Source: an uncultured bacterium (lineage in GTDB: Bacteria > Muiribacteriota > Ozemobacteria > Ozemobacterales > Ozemobacteraceae). From it: 64,000 nt of DNA. Where the stretch lies: positions 1,726 to 65,725 of the forward strand of contig ONIU01000005.1 in assembly GCA_900317935.1 (NCBI GenBank). The letters run 5' to 3'. Position numbers and translations under genes: made by a program. A model generated the notes under the pieces. That model did not search any database, was not told where the DNA came from, and saw nothing but the letters and a program-made list of their open reading frames with translations. Shown piece after piece: positions 44,647 to 53,765 of the stretch. Position 1 is the stretch's first letter. Each line of letters opens with the position of its first letter.

Positions 44647-46389
44647 ATGAAAAATATCAAGTCAAACTTAGTTTTAATCATTATTTTCGTTGAAATTTTC
44701 CTCGTTATGGGTATTACCTTTATCGTTAAAACTCTAAATTATGAAGATTATACCGAGAAAAAATTTATAGATAAAACTACTCAGGTTTTGAAAGAAACGG
44801 CTTCAGGTAAAGATGTTGATGCAATTATAGAAGAGGGTGGGGCTAAATTTAATAAACTTCTTACAACTCTTGATATTGCTCAAAACAGTTTTGCTTTTGC
44901 TATAGACTCAAATCTTAAAATTAAGATGTATAACAAAACTAAGGAAGAATTCAGCAAAGCTCTTGATATTTCCATGTTTCCTCAATTAAAGGAAGTAAAC
45001 ACATTAGCTTTTTATGTTTCTAAACGCCAATCAAGTAATTTTGAGTATTTTTCCGAATCTAGCAAAGAAAAACTAATATACTTTGTAGAGCCTGTTCCGA
45101 ACTCTAAGTGGGTATTGGTTGTCAGTGTCTTAAAAGACAGCATTGTCATGAAAACGGTTACAGAAAAAAGATACTTTTTTTGTGGTATAGCATGCTGTAT
45201 TTTTGCTTTAACAATGACTGCCGCTTTCTTCGGTTGGGTTCTTCCTAAGGATATAAAAAATAAATTCTGGTATTCAGCTTCTTTTATTTCTTTAGGTCTT
45301 TCTGTTGGAATTAGTATTTTATGCGTTTTCAGCAATAAGTATCATGATTACGAAAACCCAGAAGAAATTTCTTTGACTGACCAGAACATAATTGATGGCT
45401 TTCTAGATAAGTTTGATAATCAACTTGTTGAAGAAGGAAACAGCAGAATAAACAGAGTCAGAGTAGGGGTTTTCTTAAAAAATCTTGATTTTGAATCCAG
45501 CACAAAGGTTAATTTTTCCGGTTATTTGTGGCAAAAATTAGATAAAGACCAGTTGGGAAAGATAAAAGAAGGCTTTTATTTTGCTGACTCCTTTAAAAGC
45601 AAGTTTCATAAACTTCATGAAAAAGAAAATTCTGATGGAAGCAAGATATTTGTCTGGTATTTTACTTGTCTTGTGAGCTGTGATTTGGCTGAGAACAAAC
45701 TTTATCCATTTGATGTAGAATCAGTAAGTTTAAGACTGAGTTCTTCTGATTTTGGGAATAATGTAATACTTGTTCCTGATATTAGAGATTATGTTGATAT
45801 TGAGCCTTATTCGAAACCAGGAATCTATAATAACCTTACTATACCAGGCTGGAATGTTTCTGAAAGTTATTTCACTTATTTAAAGGAAAACTATAACTCT
45901 ACTTTTGGGGTTTTTCAGTCTCATACTGGCGGGTCACTTAATAACGAACTTTATTTTAAAGTAATTCTCAGAAGGTCTTTCTTAGGTTCTTTCATAAGTA
46001 TATTCCTGCCAATATTCGTTACAATGGTCATGATGTTTATTCTTCTATTAACTTGTTCCAGCGATGAAGAAAGATCAAAGAAACTTGGTTTCTCTGCAGG
46101 GGCTATATTAGCCAGCACTGCCGCGTTATTCTTTGTTGTTATCGTTGCTCAGATTGACTTAAGAGACAAGGTTGCTGCTAATGGGCTTATATATATGGAT
46201 ATTTACTATTTCGTAACCTATTTGATGTTTATGATAGTTAGCATTGATTCAATTCTGCTTTGCTGGCCTGATAAATTCAAATGGATAATCTGGGAAGACA
46301 ATATTATTGTTAAAAGCCTGTTCTGGCCAGTTGCTACTTCTATTATTTTCCTGTCTACCTTGGTTTATTATTTCCCAAGCGGTATATGA
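44647..46389 (+). CDS. Pentameric ligand-gated ion channel (pLGIC/Cys-loop superfamily) homolog with N-terminal TM-sensor-TM module, paralog 1
   Basis: 580 aa. The C-terminal roughly 350 aa show VRVGVFLKNLDFESSTKVNFSGYLWQKL (beta1-2), LYPFDVESVSLRL (Cys-loop-equivalent YPFD), ILRRSFLGSFISIFLPIFV (M1), ERSKKLGFSAGAILASTAALFFVV (M2), YMDIYYFVTY (M3) and a C-terminal M4. The N-terminal roughly 230 aa are TM, a roughly 150-aa extracytoplasmic domain, then two TM helices. Confidence 0.75.
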   Translation: MKNIKSNLVLIIIFVEIFLVMGITFIVKTLNYEDYTEKKFIDKTTQVLKETASGKDVDAIIEEGGAKFNKLLTTLDIAQNSFAFAIDSNLKIKMYNKTKEEFSKALDISMFPQLKEVNTLAFYVSKRQSSNFEYFSESSKEKLIYFVEPVPNSKWVLVVSVLKDSIVMKTVTEKRYFFCGIACCIFALTMTAAFFGWVLPKDIKNKFWYSASFISLGLSVGISILCVFSNKYHDYENPEEISLTDQNIIDGFLDKFDNQLVEEGNSRINRVRVGVFLKNLDFESSTKVNFSGYLWQKLDKDQLGKIKEGFYFADSFKSKFHKLHEKENSDGSKIFVWYFTCLVSCDLAENKLYPFDVESVSLRLSSSDFGNNVILVPDIRDYVDIEPYSKPGIYNNLTIPGWNVSESYFTYLKENYNSTFGVFQSHTGGSLNNELYFKVILRRSFLGSFISIFLPIFVTMVMMFILLLTCSSDEERSKKLGFSAGAILASTAALFFVVIVAQIDLRDKVAANGLIYMDIYYFVTYLMFMIVSIDSILLCWPDKFKWIIWEDNIIVKSLFWPVATSIIFLSTLVYYFPSGI

Positions 46390-46489
46390 CAATAATGAAT
46401 TAACTTGAAAAATACCTTATCTGGTTTATATTTGAGTAATAGTTTGTATATGGCTTATGTCAAAAGCAATAAATGAAAAGAAATAAATT

Positions 46490-48229
46490 ATGAAAAATAT
46501 TAAAACCAGTATTGCTATACCAATTATTTTTATCTGGTTGTTTCTTGTTCTTGGAATAACCCTGATAGTAAAAACTGTTAATTATGAAAGTTATACAGAA
46601 TTAAAGTTTATAGATAAAACTACTAAAACTTTACAGAAAACTGTTTCTGAAAAAGGCTTAAATGAAATCATCGACGAAGGCGGAGCTAAATTCAATAAGC
46701 TTTTGACAAAGCTTGATATAGCGCAGAACTCTTTTGCATTAGCTATTGATTCTGATAAAAAGATTAAAATCTATAATAAAACCAAGGCAGAAGTCAGTGA
46801 ATCCCTGGATATTTCAATATTCCCTCATTTAAAAGATAACAAAGAACTAATTGATCTGGTAACTAAACATCAATCCGGGCACTTTGAATTCATTTCAAAT
46901 ACAAGCAAGGAAAAATTATATTGTTTTGTAGAAGCTGTTCCGAGCTCTAAATGGTGCTTAGTAGTTACTGTTTTAAAAGATAGTATTGTTATGAAGACAA
47001 TTAAGGAAAAACGATACTATTTTTCTGGTATAGCCTGCTGCATTATATCTTTTACTATGTTGATTACATTGCTGGGTTGGCTTTTCCCTAAAAATATAAA
47101 AAATAAATTCTGGTATTCTTCCTCATTGTTTTCTATAGTTCTTGCTTTGGGAATAAGCATGCTTTGTGTTTTCAGCAACAAATTTAATGACTATGAAAGC
47201 CCTCAGGAAATCTCTTTAACAGACCAGAACATTATCGAAGGTTTCCTTGATAAATATGACAATCAGTTGGCTGAAGAAGGTAATGGACAAATAAATAGAG
47301 TTAAAGTAGGTATTTTCCTTAAGAATATTGATTTCGAATCAAGCACAAAGGTAAATTATAGCGGTTATCTTTGGGAAAAGCTTACCAAAGAACAGGTTGG
47401 AAACATAGAACCTGGTTTATATTTTTCTGATTCATTTAAAAGTAAATTTCAGCAGTTATATGAAAAGGATAATCCTGACGGCAGCAAAGTCTACGTCTGG
47501 TATTTTGAGTGCCGTCTAAGCGCTGACTTGCAGGAGAAAAAGCTTTATCCTTTTGATGTAGAAGCAGTAAAAGTCAGACTTCGCTCAAGGGATTTCGGAA
47601 ACAATGTTATTCTTGTGCCTGATACCAAGGATTATGTTGATGTAGAACCTCATGCAAAACCTGGAATATATAACCAGATGACAATTCCAGGCTGGAATAT
47701 TTCTGAAAGCTTTTTTACTTATTTAAAAGAACAATATGATTCAACTTTTGGTGTGTTCCACTCTCATACAGGAAGTATAGTTTATACTGAACTCTATTTT
47801 AACGTTATATTGAGACGTTCATTTTTAGGTTCATTTATTAGTATATTCCTGCCTATATTCGTAACTTTAGTCATGATTTTTATTCTGCTTCTCACCTGTT
47901 CCAATGATGAGGAAAGGTCGAAGCATCTTGGTTTCTCTGCAGGAGCTATATTAGCCAGCACAGCTGCATTATTCTTCGTTGTAATCGTAGCTCAGATTGA
48001 TTTAAGAGATAAAGTGGCGGCCGATGGCCTGATTTACATGGATATTTATTATTTTGTAACTTACTTTGAATTTATGCTTGTCAGCATTAACTCTATTTTG
48101 ATGTGCTGGCCAGATAAGTTTAAATGGGTTGCCTGGGAAGACAATATCTTGGTAAAAAGCACTTTCTGGCCAATAGTTACATCTATAATATTTATAGCTA
48201 CGCTATTTTATTACTTCCCAAGAATCTAG
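46490..48229 (+). CDS. pLGIC homolog with N-terminal TM-sensor-TM module, paralog 2
   Basis: 579 aa, colinear with 44647..46389 over the full length. The pore region is nearly identical and the N-terminal sensor region is more diverged. Confidence 0.75.
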   Translation: MKNIKTSIAIPIIFIWLFLVLGITLIVKTVNYESYTELKFIDKTTKTLQKTVSEKGLNEIIDEGGAKFNKLLTKLDIAQNSFALAIDSDKKIKIYNKTKAEVSESLDISIFPHLKDNKELIDLVTKHQSGHFEFISNTSKEKLYCFVEAVPSSKWCLVVTVLKDSIVMKTIKEKRYYFSGIACCIISFTMLITLLGWLFPKNIKNKFWYSSSLFSIVLALGISMLCVFSNKFNDYESPQEISLTDQNIIEGFLDKYDNQLAEEGNGQINRVKVGIFLKNIDFESSTKVNYSGYLWEKLTKEQVGNIEPGLYFSDSFKSKFQQLYEKDNPDGSKVYVWYFECRLSADLQEKKLYPFDVEAVKVRLRSRDFGNNVILVPDTKDYVDVEPHAKPGIYNQMTIPGWNISESFFTYLKEQYDSTFGVFHSHTGSIVYTELYFNVILRRSFLGSFISIFLPIFVTLVMIFILLLTCSNDEERSKHLGFSAGAILASTAALFFVVIVAQIDLRDKVAADGLIYMDIYYFVTYFEFMLVSINSILMCWPDKFKWVAWEDNILVKSTFWPIVTSIIFIATLFYYFPRI

Positions 48230-48377
48230 CATTATTCTTCCCGATCTACCAATTGTTTAGCTAGGGTAGTTGTTATACTACGGATAGCAAGCCTGCCGTT
48301 CAATATATTGTGAATGGACGCCAAGCGAAGATTTGCGTTTAGCTAATTAGAATCAACACAATTAGACGTAAAACTAA

Positions 48378-48410
48378 AAGCGCCCCTTATTAGAGGCGCT
48401 TTAATCTTTA
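48378..48410. terminator. Possible bidirectional terminator
   Basis: AAGCGCC-10 nt-GGCGCTT stem between convergent genes. The T-tract is interrupted (TTAATCTTTA). Confidence 0.4.
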
Positions 48411-48428
48411 TGCTTATAACTCTAAAGG

Positions 48429-49217
48429 TTATTTCTTTTCGAAAATGCTGCAGTTATACTTACTAGATTTATATAATCTATTGTAGCTCTTGGGTGTATT
48501 TTTATACATTCCATTGCATTCAATAATTTTTTTATTTCTATATTTCAAAGCAAGATAAACTGATTTTAATACATCTGATTTAGCTTCTTTGTACCCTTTA
48601 TTAATATTCTTTTGTGAATAATAGTTTGAGTCACCTTTATGTTTCGGGTCCCAACCCTGCATTTTCTTTATAGTAGTTTTCTGGTTAAGCATAGCACTTG
48701 CCCAGCCGTAGTGAAGATATGGGTCTTTGAAATAACCTTCTCTTTGTGTTGTTCCAATTAATATTATTACATAATCTTTTGATACGCCGATAGATGCAGC
48801 GAGTTCTATAATTTCTTCTCTTGTCGGCGTTTTCATACTTTTCAATTCTTTATTAAAGTCTTCAGGAGAAATACCTTTATTTACTGATTTTACGGTTTCT
48901 TTAGTCTTTTTACTGTCTGAATCTGTAATTGTAGAATCTGCAGTCTTAGCTTCTTTATTGTCATCTAGTTTCTTGGGAGTTTCAGGCTTTGTATCTGTTG
49001 GATTTTTTGTGACAACATCATTTTTTATATCTTTTTCTGTTGTAAGATATTCACCTTCCCAAATTGGAGTTGTATCTAATTCATTATTAGCTACATCTTT
49101 TTTTATTTTAATTTCATTGTCTTCGAAAGGATTATCAGCATAAAGGTTTTGACCGAATAGTGCTGAAATACTTAAGGCCAGAATCAAACTCTTTTTAATC
49201 ATATTAATTCTCTCCAT
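48429..49217 (-). CDS. Secreted protein, possible cell-wall hydrolase-like C-terminal domain
   Basis: 262 aa with a signal peptide and a T/K/D-rich linker. The C-terminal region (IGTTQREGYF..WASAMLNQ) faintly resembles SleB/CwlJ-type Hydrolase_2, but this functional guess is weak. Confidence 0.5.
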   Translation of the reverse strand: MERINMIKKSLILALSISALFGQNLYADNPFEDNEIKIKKDVANNELDTTPIWEGEYLTTEKDIKNDVVTKNPTDTKPETPKKLDDNKEAKTADSTITDSDSKKTKETVKSVNKGISPEDFNKELKSMKTPTREEIIELAASIGVSKDYVIILIGTTQREGYFKDPYLHYGWASAMLNQKTTIKKMQGWDPKHKGDSNYYSQKNINKGYKEAKSDVLKSVYLALKYRNKKIIECNGMYKNTPKSYNRLYKSSKYNCSIFEKK

Positions 49218-49409
49218 AAAAAACTATATGTTAATATATATATACATTATAAATGAAAAAAAGTTTATATTTGTTTTCTGTTTTTTGAACTGCATTGTAT
49301 TGTTTACAAAGCCTTATTTATGTGTAATAATAAATGCGCTGCATAGCGCAATAAAACATACTTAACATAAAAGATAAAATCAAAATTTATGACTTTTCTT
49401 TAATATTAT

Positions 49410-50747
49410 ATGAATAGAAAAAATTTGATTAAAGCTGAACCAGAACTAATAAAGTTTTTCAAATCTCTTTGGCCCTTTGAAATACAAACAGAAAAAGAAA
49501 GCTTAAATATTGAAATAGGCCAAAATAAAAGAGAGATTTGGGCTTTTCCTCTATCTGGCGGAAGTGAATATATAGATGATGCAATTCATGCAATGGAAGA
49601 ACATCGCAAAGTTATTCCGGCTGCCTTGAACCGCTGTATTGATAAAATTGATGGCGCTTTCCTGGTTGGTTATTATGCAAAAAAAGTCAAAGAAGATGAA
49701 TATGAACATGGGTTGGTTATTATACCAGCAAATAGAGGTTCTAAGGAATTAAATTCCAGACTTTTAACTGATTTTTGTTTTGAGCGAAACTCTCTCTATG
49801 AGAATATGCTATCTGAAGAATATTTTTCTCAGATTAACTGTTTTTTAAATGCTTATAAGTCAGTTTGTAAAAAATATTGGATTCAGGATACAAAACTTAT
49901 TAATACCTCTTTTGTTAAGAGGCCAGAAATCATTGACGATGAGCTTTTCCCGGAACAGGCGGCTATTTCTACATGGCATACAGAAGTTTACCCAGATTTT
50001 ATGCGACCTGTGAGCATGATAGGTGATATTTATATTGATTTTATGATTTGTGATCATAAGCTTATTTGCCTGATGAACGAAATAGAAGATGATGATACAA
50101 TCTGGAATTTTTTTGAGGAAGAATGTATAAAAAAGATTTATACTTTGCCAGCTTCTATCTCGAACAATTCAGCAAATATAAATTTAAAAGGCTGGTGTGA
50201 AACTACATCATTTGAATTATCAGAAAGAAAAGATTTAAATTATAAAACTATCTATGATATTGCTGTTCCAGGATTAAAAGGGGCTCTTATTGATCAAGGT
50301 TATTCTATTGGCTGGTGTGGGAAGATAGCTTTTATTTGTATTGGAATTGATAAACCTTTGTACGTTTCTCCTGAATTAGTTGTACAACTCTCTGATATAT
50401 TTGATTTTGAGCAGGCAGGCAACGATAATAAAGCTTTTTGGAGAAATAGAGATATTGAATATAGAAGAAGATTTGGAAATCATAATCTGGTTAAAGTTTG
50501 CGACGACCTCATGACTGAAGAAATCGCTAAAGAAAAGCTTTTTGAAGCTTGTAAAAAAGTTTTGCAAAGTTGCAAAAATCCTTTAAAACCAATTCAAAAG
50601 GGAATAACAAAATATGTTCTACGCTATTTAAAAGGATTAGCTCGTGGGTCATATGAAAAACAAGCTTCTGAACTTATTGTTAAAATCAATTCTGACCAGA
50701 TTTGTGCTGACTTACAAGAAACCATCTATTCTATCTTGAATCTTTAA
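49410..50747 (+). CDS. Hypothetical cytoplasmic protein
   Basis: 445-aa ORF with no TM helix, no signal peptide and no recognised motif. Confidence 0.6.
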   Translation: MNRKNLIKAEPELIKFFKSLWPFEIQTEKESLNIEIGQNKREIWAFPLSGGSEYIDDAIHAMEEHRKVIPAALNRCIDKIDGAFLVGYYAKKVKEDEYEHGLVIIPANRGSKELNSRLLTDFCFERNSLYENMLSEEYFSQINCFLNAYKSVCKKYWIQDTKLINTSFVKRPEIIDDELFPEQAAISTWHTEVYPDFMRPVSMIGDIYIDFMICDHKLICLMNEIEDDDTIWNFFEEECIKKIYTLPASISNNSANINLKGWCETTSFELSERKDLNYKTIYDIAVPGLKGALIDQGYSIGWCGKIAFICIGIDKPLYVSPELVVQLSDIFDFEQAGNDNKAFWRNRDIEYRRRFGNHNLVKVCDDLMTEEIAKEKLFEACKKVLQSCKNPLKPIQKGITKYVLRYLKGLARGSYEKQASELIVKINSDQICADLQETIYSILNL

Positions 50748-51110
50748 TCTTCTAACTTGAAACTCGTAACTTGTAACTAAGTGTTACGCTTCGCTGTGGG
50801 ACACTTCGTTGTGAGACAGCTGTTTACAGCCTGTGGAAATAGACAACAATAAACACGGACAGCTTTAGCTGCCGTCTCACAGATTGCTCGCAATCGTCTC
50901 ACAGAGGCTTTAGCCTCGTTCCACTGTCTAAATATCGAGGTCAGAACTTTTTACTCGAAGAAGCGCCCCTAAAATGCCTTCGGCATTGCTGGGGGAGCTG
51001 TCACGTAGTGACTGAGGGGGTCTTTAAGATAATTCTAAATTCTCACTCACTACCTATCACCCACCACTAAACTTGTAACTTGTAACTTAAAACTTAAAAC
51101 TTATATCTAA
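50748..51110 (+). repeat. Composite intergenic repeat locus R7 (heptamer tract - short M2 - short M1 - tracts)
   Basis: CTTGTAAC-type tract at 50748-50780. M2 without the 9-mer tract at 50781-50924. M1 at 50937-51024 with AATGCC/GGCATT (50973-50987) and GTCAC/GTGAC (51000-51012). CACC and AACTTGT/AACTTAA tracts extend to about 51110. Confidence 0.85.
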
Positions 51111-51211
51111 AAAAATATTAATTTATGGTTATAAAATTTTAGACATTAACCGAAAACAAAGTACACACCGTAGTTAATAAATATATAAGGGTACAGGGTG
51201 GAGTTTGGTTA

Positions 51212-51739
51212 ATGAATAATTTTTTTCACGGTTTAAAGGATTGGTTTGGCGACTTCGTTAAAGCACTAATTTTCTTTTTGTTGCTTCAGACTTATGTTGC
51301 ACAAGGTTTCGTAATTGAAGGTTCATGTATGGAACCCGAACTGCATTCACACGAGAAAATAATGGTTAATAAGATGATTTATCGTGTGAAAGAACCAGAG
51401 GTTGGGGAAATTGTAGTTTTCAGATATCCATATGAGCCTGGCAAAGATTTTGTAAAGCGTGTAGTTGGCGTTCCTGGAGATGTAATAGCTATAAAAGACG
51501 GCTATTTATACAGAAATGGCAAAAAAATGAATGAATCATTCGTCAAGGAATACGTTTTCGGAACCTATGGTCCTTTGAAAGTTCCCGATGGCAAATTATG
51601 CGTTATGGGAGATAATAGAAATAATTCTCATGACAGCAGAGCCTGGGGTTTACTTGATAGAAATATGGTAAAAGGTAGAGCCGACATTCGTTTTTGGCCC
51701 GTTAAGCAAATAGGTTTAATTCCCGTAAGAAAAGACTGA
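51212..51739 (+). CDS. lepB: Signal peptidase I
   Basis: 175 aa. GSCMEPEL (Ser box), KRVVGVPGD (Lys box) and GDNRNNSHDSR (box E). GGTGGAG RBS. Confidence 0.9.
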   Translation: MNNFFHGLKDWFGDFVKALIFFLLLQTYVAQGFVIEGSCMEPELHSHEKIMVNKMIYRVKEPEVGEIVVFRYPYEPGKDFVKRVVGVPGDVIAIKDGYLYRNGKKMNESFVKEYVFGTYGPLKVPDGKLCVMGDNRNNSHDSRAWGLLDRNMVKGRADIRFWPVKQIGLIPVRKD

Positions 51740-51746
51740 TTAGTAA

Positions 51747-51893
51747 GATATAAGATTTAAGATATAAGATATAAGAAATAAGATATAAGATTTAAGATAT
51801 AAGATATAAGAAATAAGATATAAGATTTAAGATATAAGATATAAGATGTAAGAAATAAGTTTGAAGAAGATAGATAAGCTTTAAGCTATAAGC
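51747..51893. repeat. Heptamer tandem array (GATATAA family), 35-bp higher-order period
   Basis: 16 clean units at 51747-51858 in the pattern [GATATAA GATTTAA GATATAA GATATAA GAAATAA] x3.2, then 5 degenerate units to 51893. Starts 8 nt after the lepB stop. Confidence 0.9.
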
Positions 51894-52011
51894 CAAAAAA
51901 TCGTTTTTATTTGATTGGTTTTGAGCATAAAGCTTTTTTCTATCTGATTAAAAAATTAAACACTTGTAATTAAGCTTAGGTAATAGTATTATATCAAGCT
52001 TGGAGTTAAAC

Positions 52012-52665
52012 GTGACTACTAATTATAAAACTGAATCATTTACCTGTCCATGCTGTGGTAAAGAATTTGAAAGCAAAATCGTGACCATGATTACTCATGA
52101 AGGTCAGGATTCCGATTTCTTGCCACATTTTGTTGGGGCTAATCCTTTACCTTTTTATTTAGCAAAATGTTCATATTGTAATTATGTAGGATATCCAGAA
52201 GATTATTCTGTAGAAAATTCTCATAAGTATTCTATTAACCCATCACAAATTAAGAAAATTCTTAGTATGCCTCTTGCTAAGAAAATACCAAACGAAGCAA
52301 TAGATTTTTTTGTTGCTGGTAAAATCTATGAAGAGCAGAAAAAGAATCCTTATTTTACAGGAAATCTATATTTGCGTGGTGCTTGGTGCTGTAGATTAAT
52401 AGAGAATCGGAAAGCAGAAATAGAACTTCAACAGCTTGCAATCAGGTTTTTTAAATTGGCTCTTGATAAATCAACAATTTCAAATCCTGATACTGTTTCT
52501 GTTGTAACATATCTTGTAGGTGAATTATATAGAAGGTTGGAAGACCGTAAATCAGCAAGAGAATGGTTTGAAGCAACCGTTGAAACTATTATTGATCCTG
52601 AACAGCAATGGCTTTTGGAATTAACTCAAAAACAAGCTGAATTAAATGAATATTTAATTAATTAA
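52012..52665 (+). CDS. DUF2225-like protein (N-terminal zinc ribbon, helical C-terminus)
   Basis: ORF track starts at TTG 52000; GTG 52012 lies 6 nt after GGAG. Motifs CPCCGKEF...CSYCNY. The family name is from memory. Confidence 0.55.
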   Translation: MTTNYKTESFTCPCCGKEFESKIVTMITHEGQDSDFLPHFVGANPLPFYLAKCSYCNYVGYPEDYSVENSHKYSINPSQIKKILSMPLAKKIPNEAIDFFVAGKIYEEQKKNPYFTGNLYLRGAWCCRLIENRKAEIELQQLAIRFFKLALDKSTISNPDTVSVVTYLVGELYRRLEDRKSAREWFEATVETIIDPEQQWLLELTQKQAELNEYLIN

Positions 52666-52681
52666 TTTAAGGAGTTTCTTT

Positions 52682-53110
52682 ATGAACAAAAAGGCTGAAA
52701 AATTTGAAAAAATGCTGAAAGATAACAAAATTGAATGCTTTCAGAAAGAAGAAGTAAAAGACGAACTGAATTCTGTTCTTTTCAGAAGTTTCATGGAAAT
52801 TGAAGGACTTCAACTTCCTGTTGTTGTAATTCTTGATGATAGTATTTATAGTATTTTCAGAACACTAGTTATTGGAAAAGGTGTTAATGAAAAGAACAAA
52901 AATGATGTTGTTAATGTAGTAAATACTTTAAATTCTACTTATAAATCTTTCAAATATATTGTTTCTGAAAATGGTGAAATTATTCTTGATGTTTGTGTTC
53001 CATGCACTGATGATAATTTTGATCCAAATTTAATCAGAGTTATGATTGATGTTGCCATTAAGAATCTTAATGAAAACTATCGCAAAATTGTTAAAACTGT
53101 TTGGGAATGA
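52682..53110 (+). CDS. Hypothetical protein (possibly YbjN-like fold)
   Basis: 142 aa with AAGGAG RBS, 16 nt after the upstream gene. The fold guess is weak. Confidence 0.5.
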   Translation: MNKKAEKFEKMLKDNKIECFQKEEVKDELNSVLFRSFMEIEGLQLPVVVILDDSIYSIFRTLVIGKGVNEKNKNDVVNVVNTLNSTYKSFKYIVSENGEIILDVCVPCTDDNFDPNLIRVMIDVAIKNLNENYRKIVKTVWE

Positions 53111-53141
53111 TCTTAAAGCTCTAGATTATAAATCCTAAAAA

Positions 53142-53195
53142 TATAAGTCGCAAACCAGGTAACTTATTTATCTGTTTTGCGACTTATACTTTTTT
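53142..53195 (+). terminator. Rho-independent terminator
   Basis: TATAAGTCGCAAA ... TTTGCGACTTATA 13-bp stem followed by CTTTTTT. Confidence 0.75.
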
Positions 53196-53765
53196 AGATT
53201 AAGTTACAAGACACAAGTTATAAGATTCAAGTTACAGATTAAAATCTTATGTCTCCATCTATGGACTTGTATCTCAATTTTTGGTCTTAAATATTACAAC
53301 AACTAACACGGGCAGCTTTACCTGCCGTCTCACAGATTGCGTTTGCAATCGTCCCACAGAGGCCTTAGCCTCGTATCACCTTCATCTTATAATCTTGTAT
53401 CTTGTAACTTATGACTTGTAACTTATAACTTATAACTAAAGGTCTCTCGTCAGCTGTCCTTAAAATTCACAACTACCACTACTCACTTATATCACTAATC
53501 ACTAATCACTTATCACTTATCACTAATCTTATATCTTCTATCTTATATCTTGTAACTTGTAACTTGTAACTTGTAACTAAGTGTTACGCTTCGCTGTGGG
53601 ACACTTCGTTGTGGGACGTTTCACTGTGGTAATAGTCAACAACTAACACGGGCAGCTTTAGTTGCCGTCTCACAGATTGCGTCAGCAATCGTCCAACAGA
53701 GGCTTTAGCCTCGTATCACCTACCACCAACCACTCACCACTTACCACTTACCACTTACCACCTAC
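53196..53765 (+). repeat. Composite intergenic repeat locus R9 (tracts - M2 right half - about 200 bp heptamer tracts - short M2 - CCACTTA tract)
   Basis: M2 right half at 53293-53380. Heptamer tracts at 53381-53580 (CTTGTAA, CTTATAA, ATCACTA/ATCACTT, CTTATAT). Short M2 at 53581-53720. (CCACTTA)n tract at 53721-53765. Confidence 0.85.

Noticed and set aside
48230-48428. A 200-bp gap after the second channel gene with several weak stems, considered as a possible small RNA or riboswitch.
   Set aside because: There is no convincing conserved structure, no match to any RNA family I recognise, and no second copy in the window. Only the weak terminator-like hairpin at 48378-48402 is reported.
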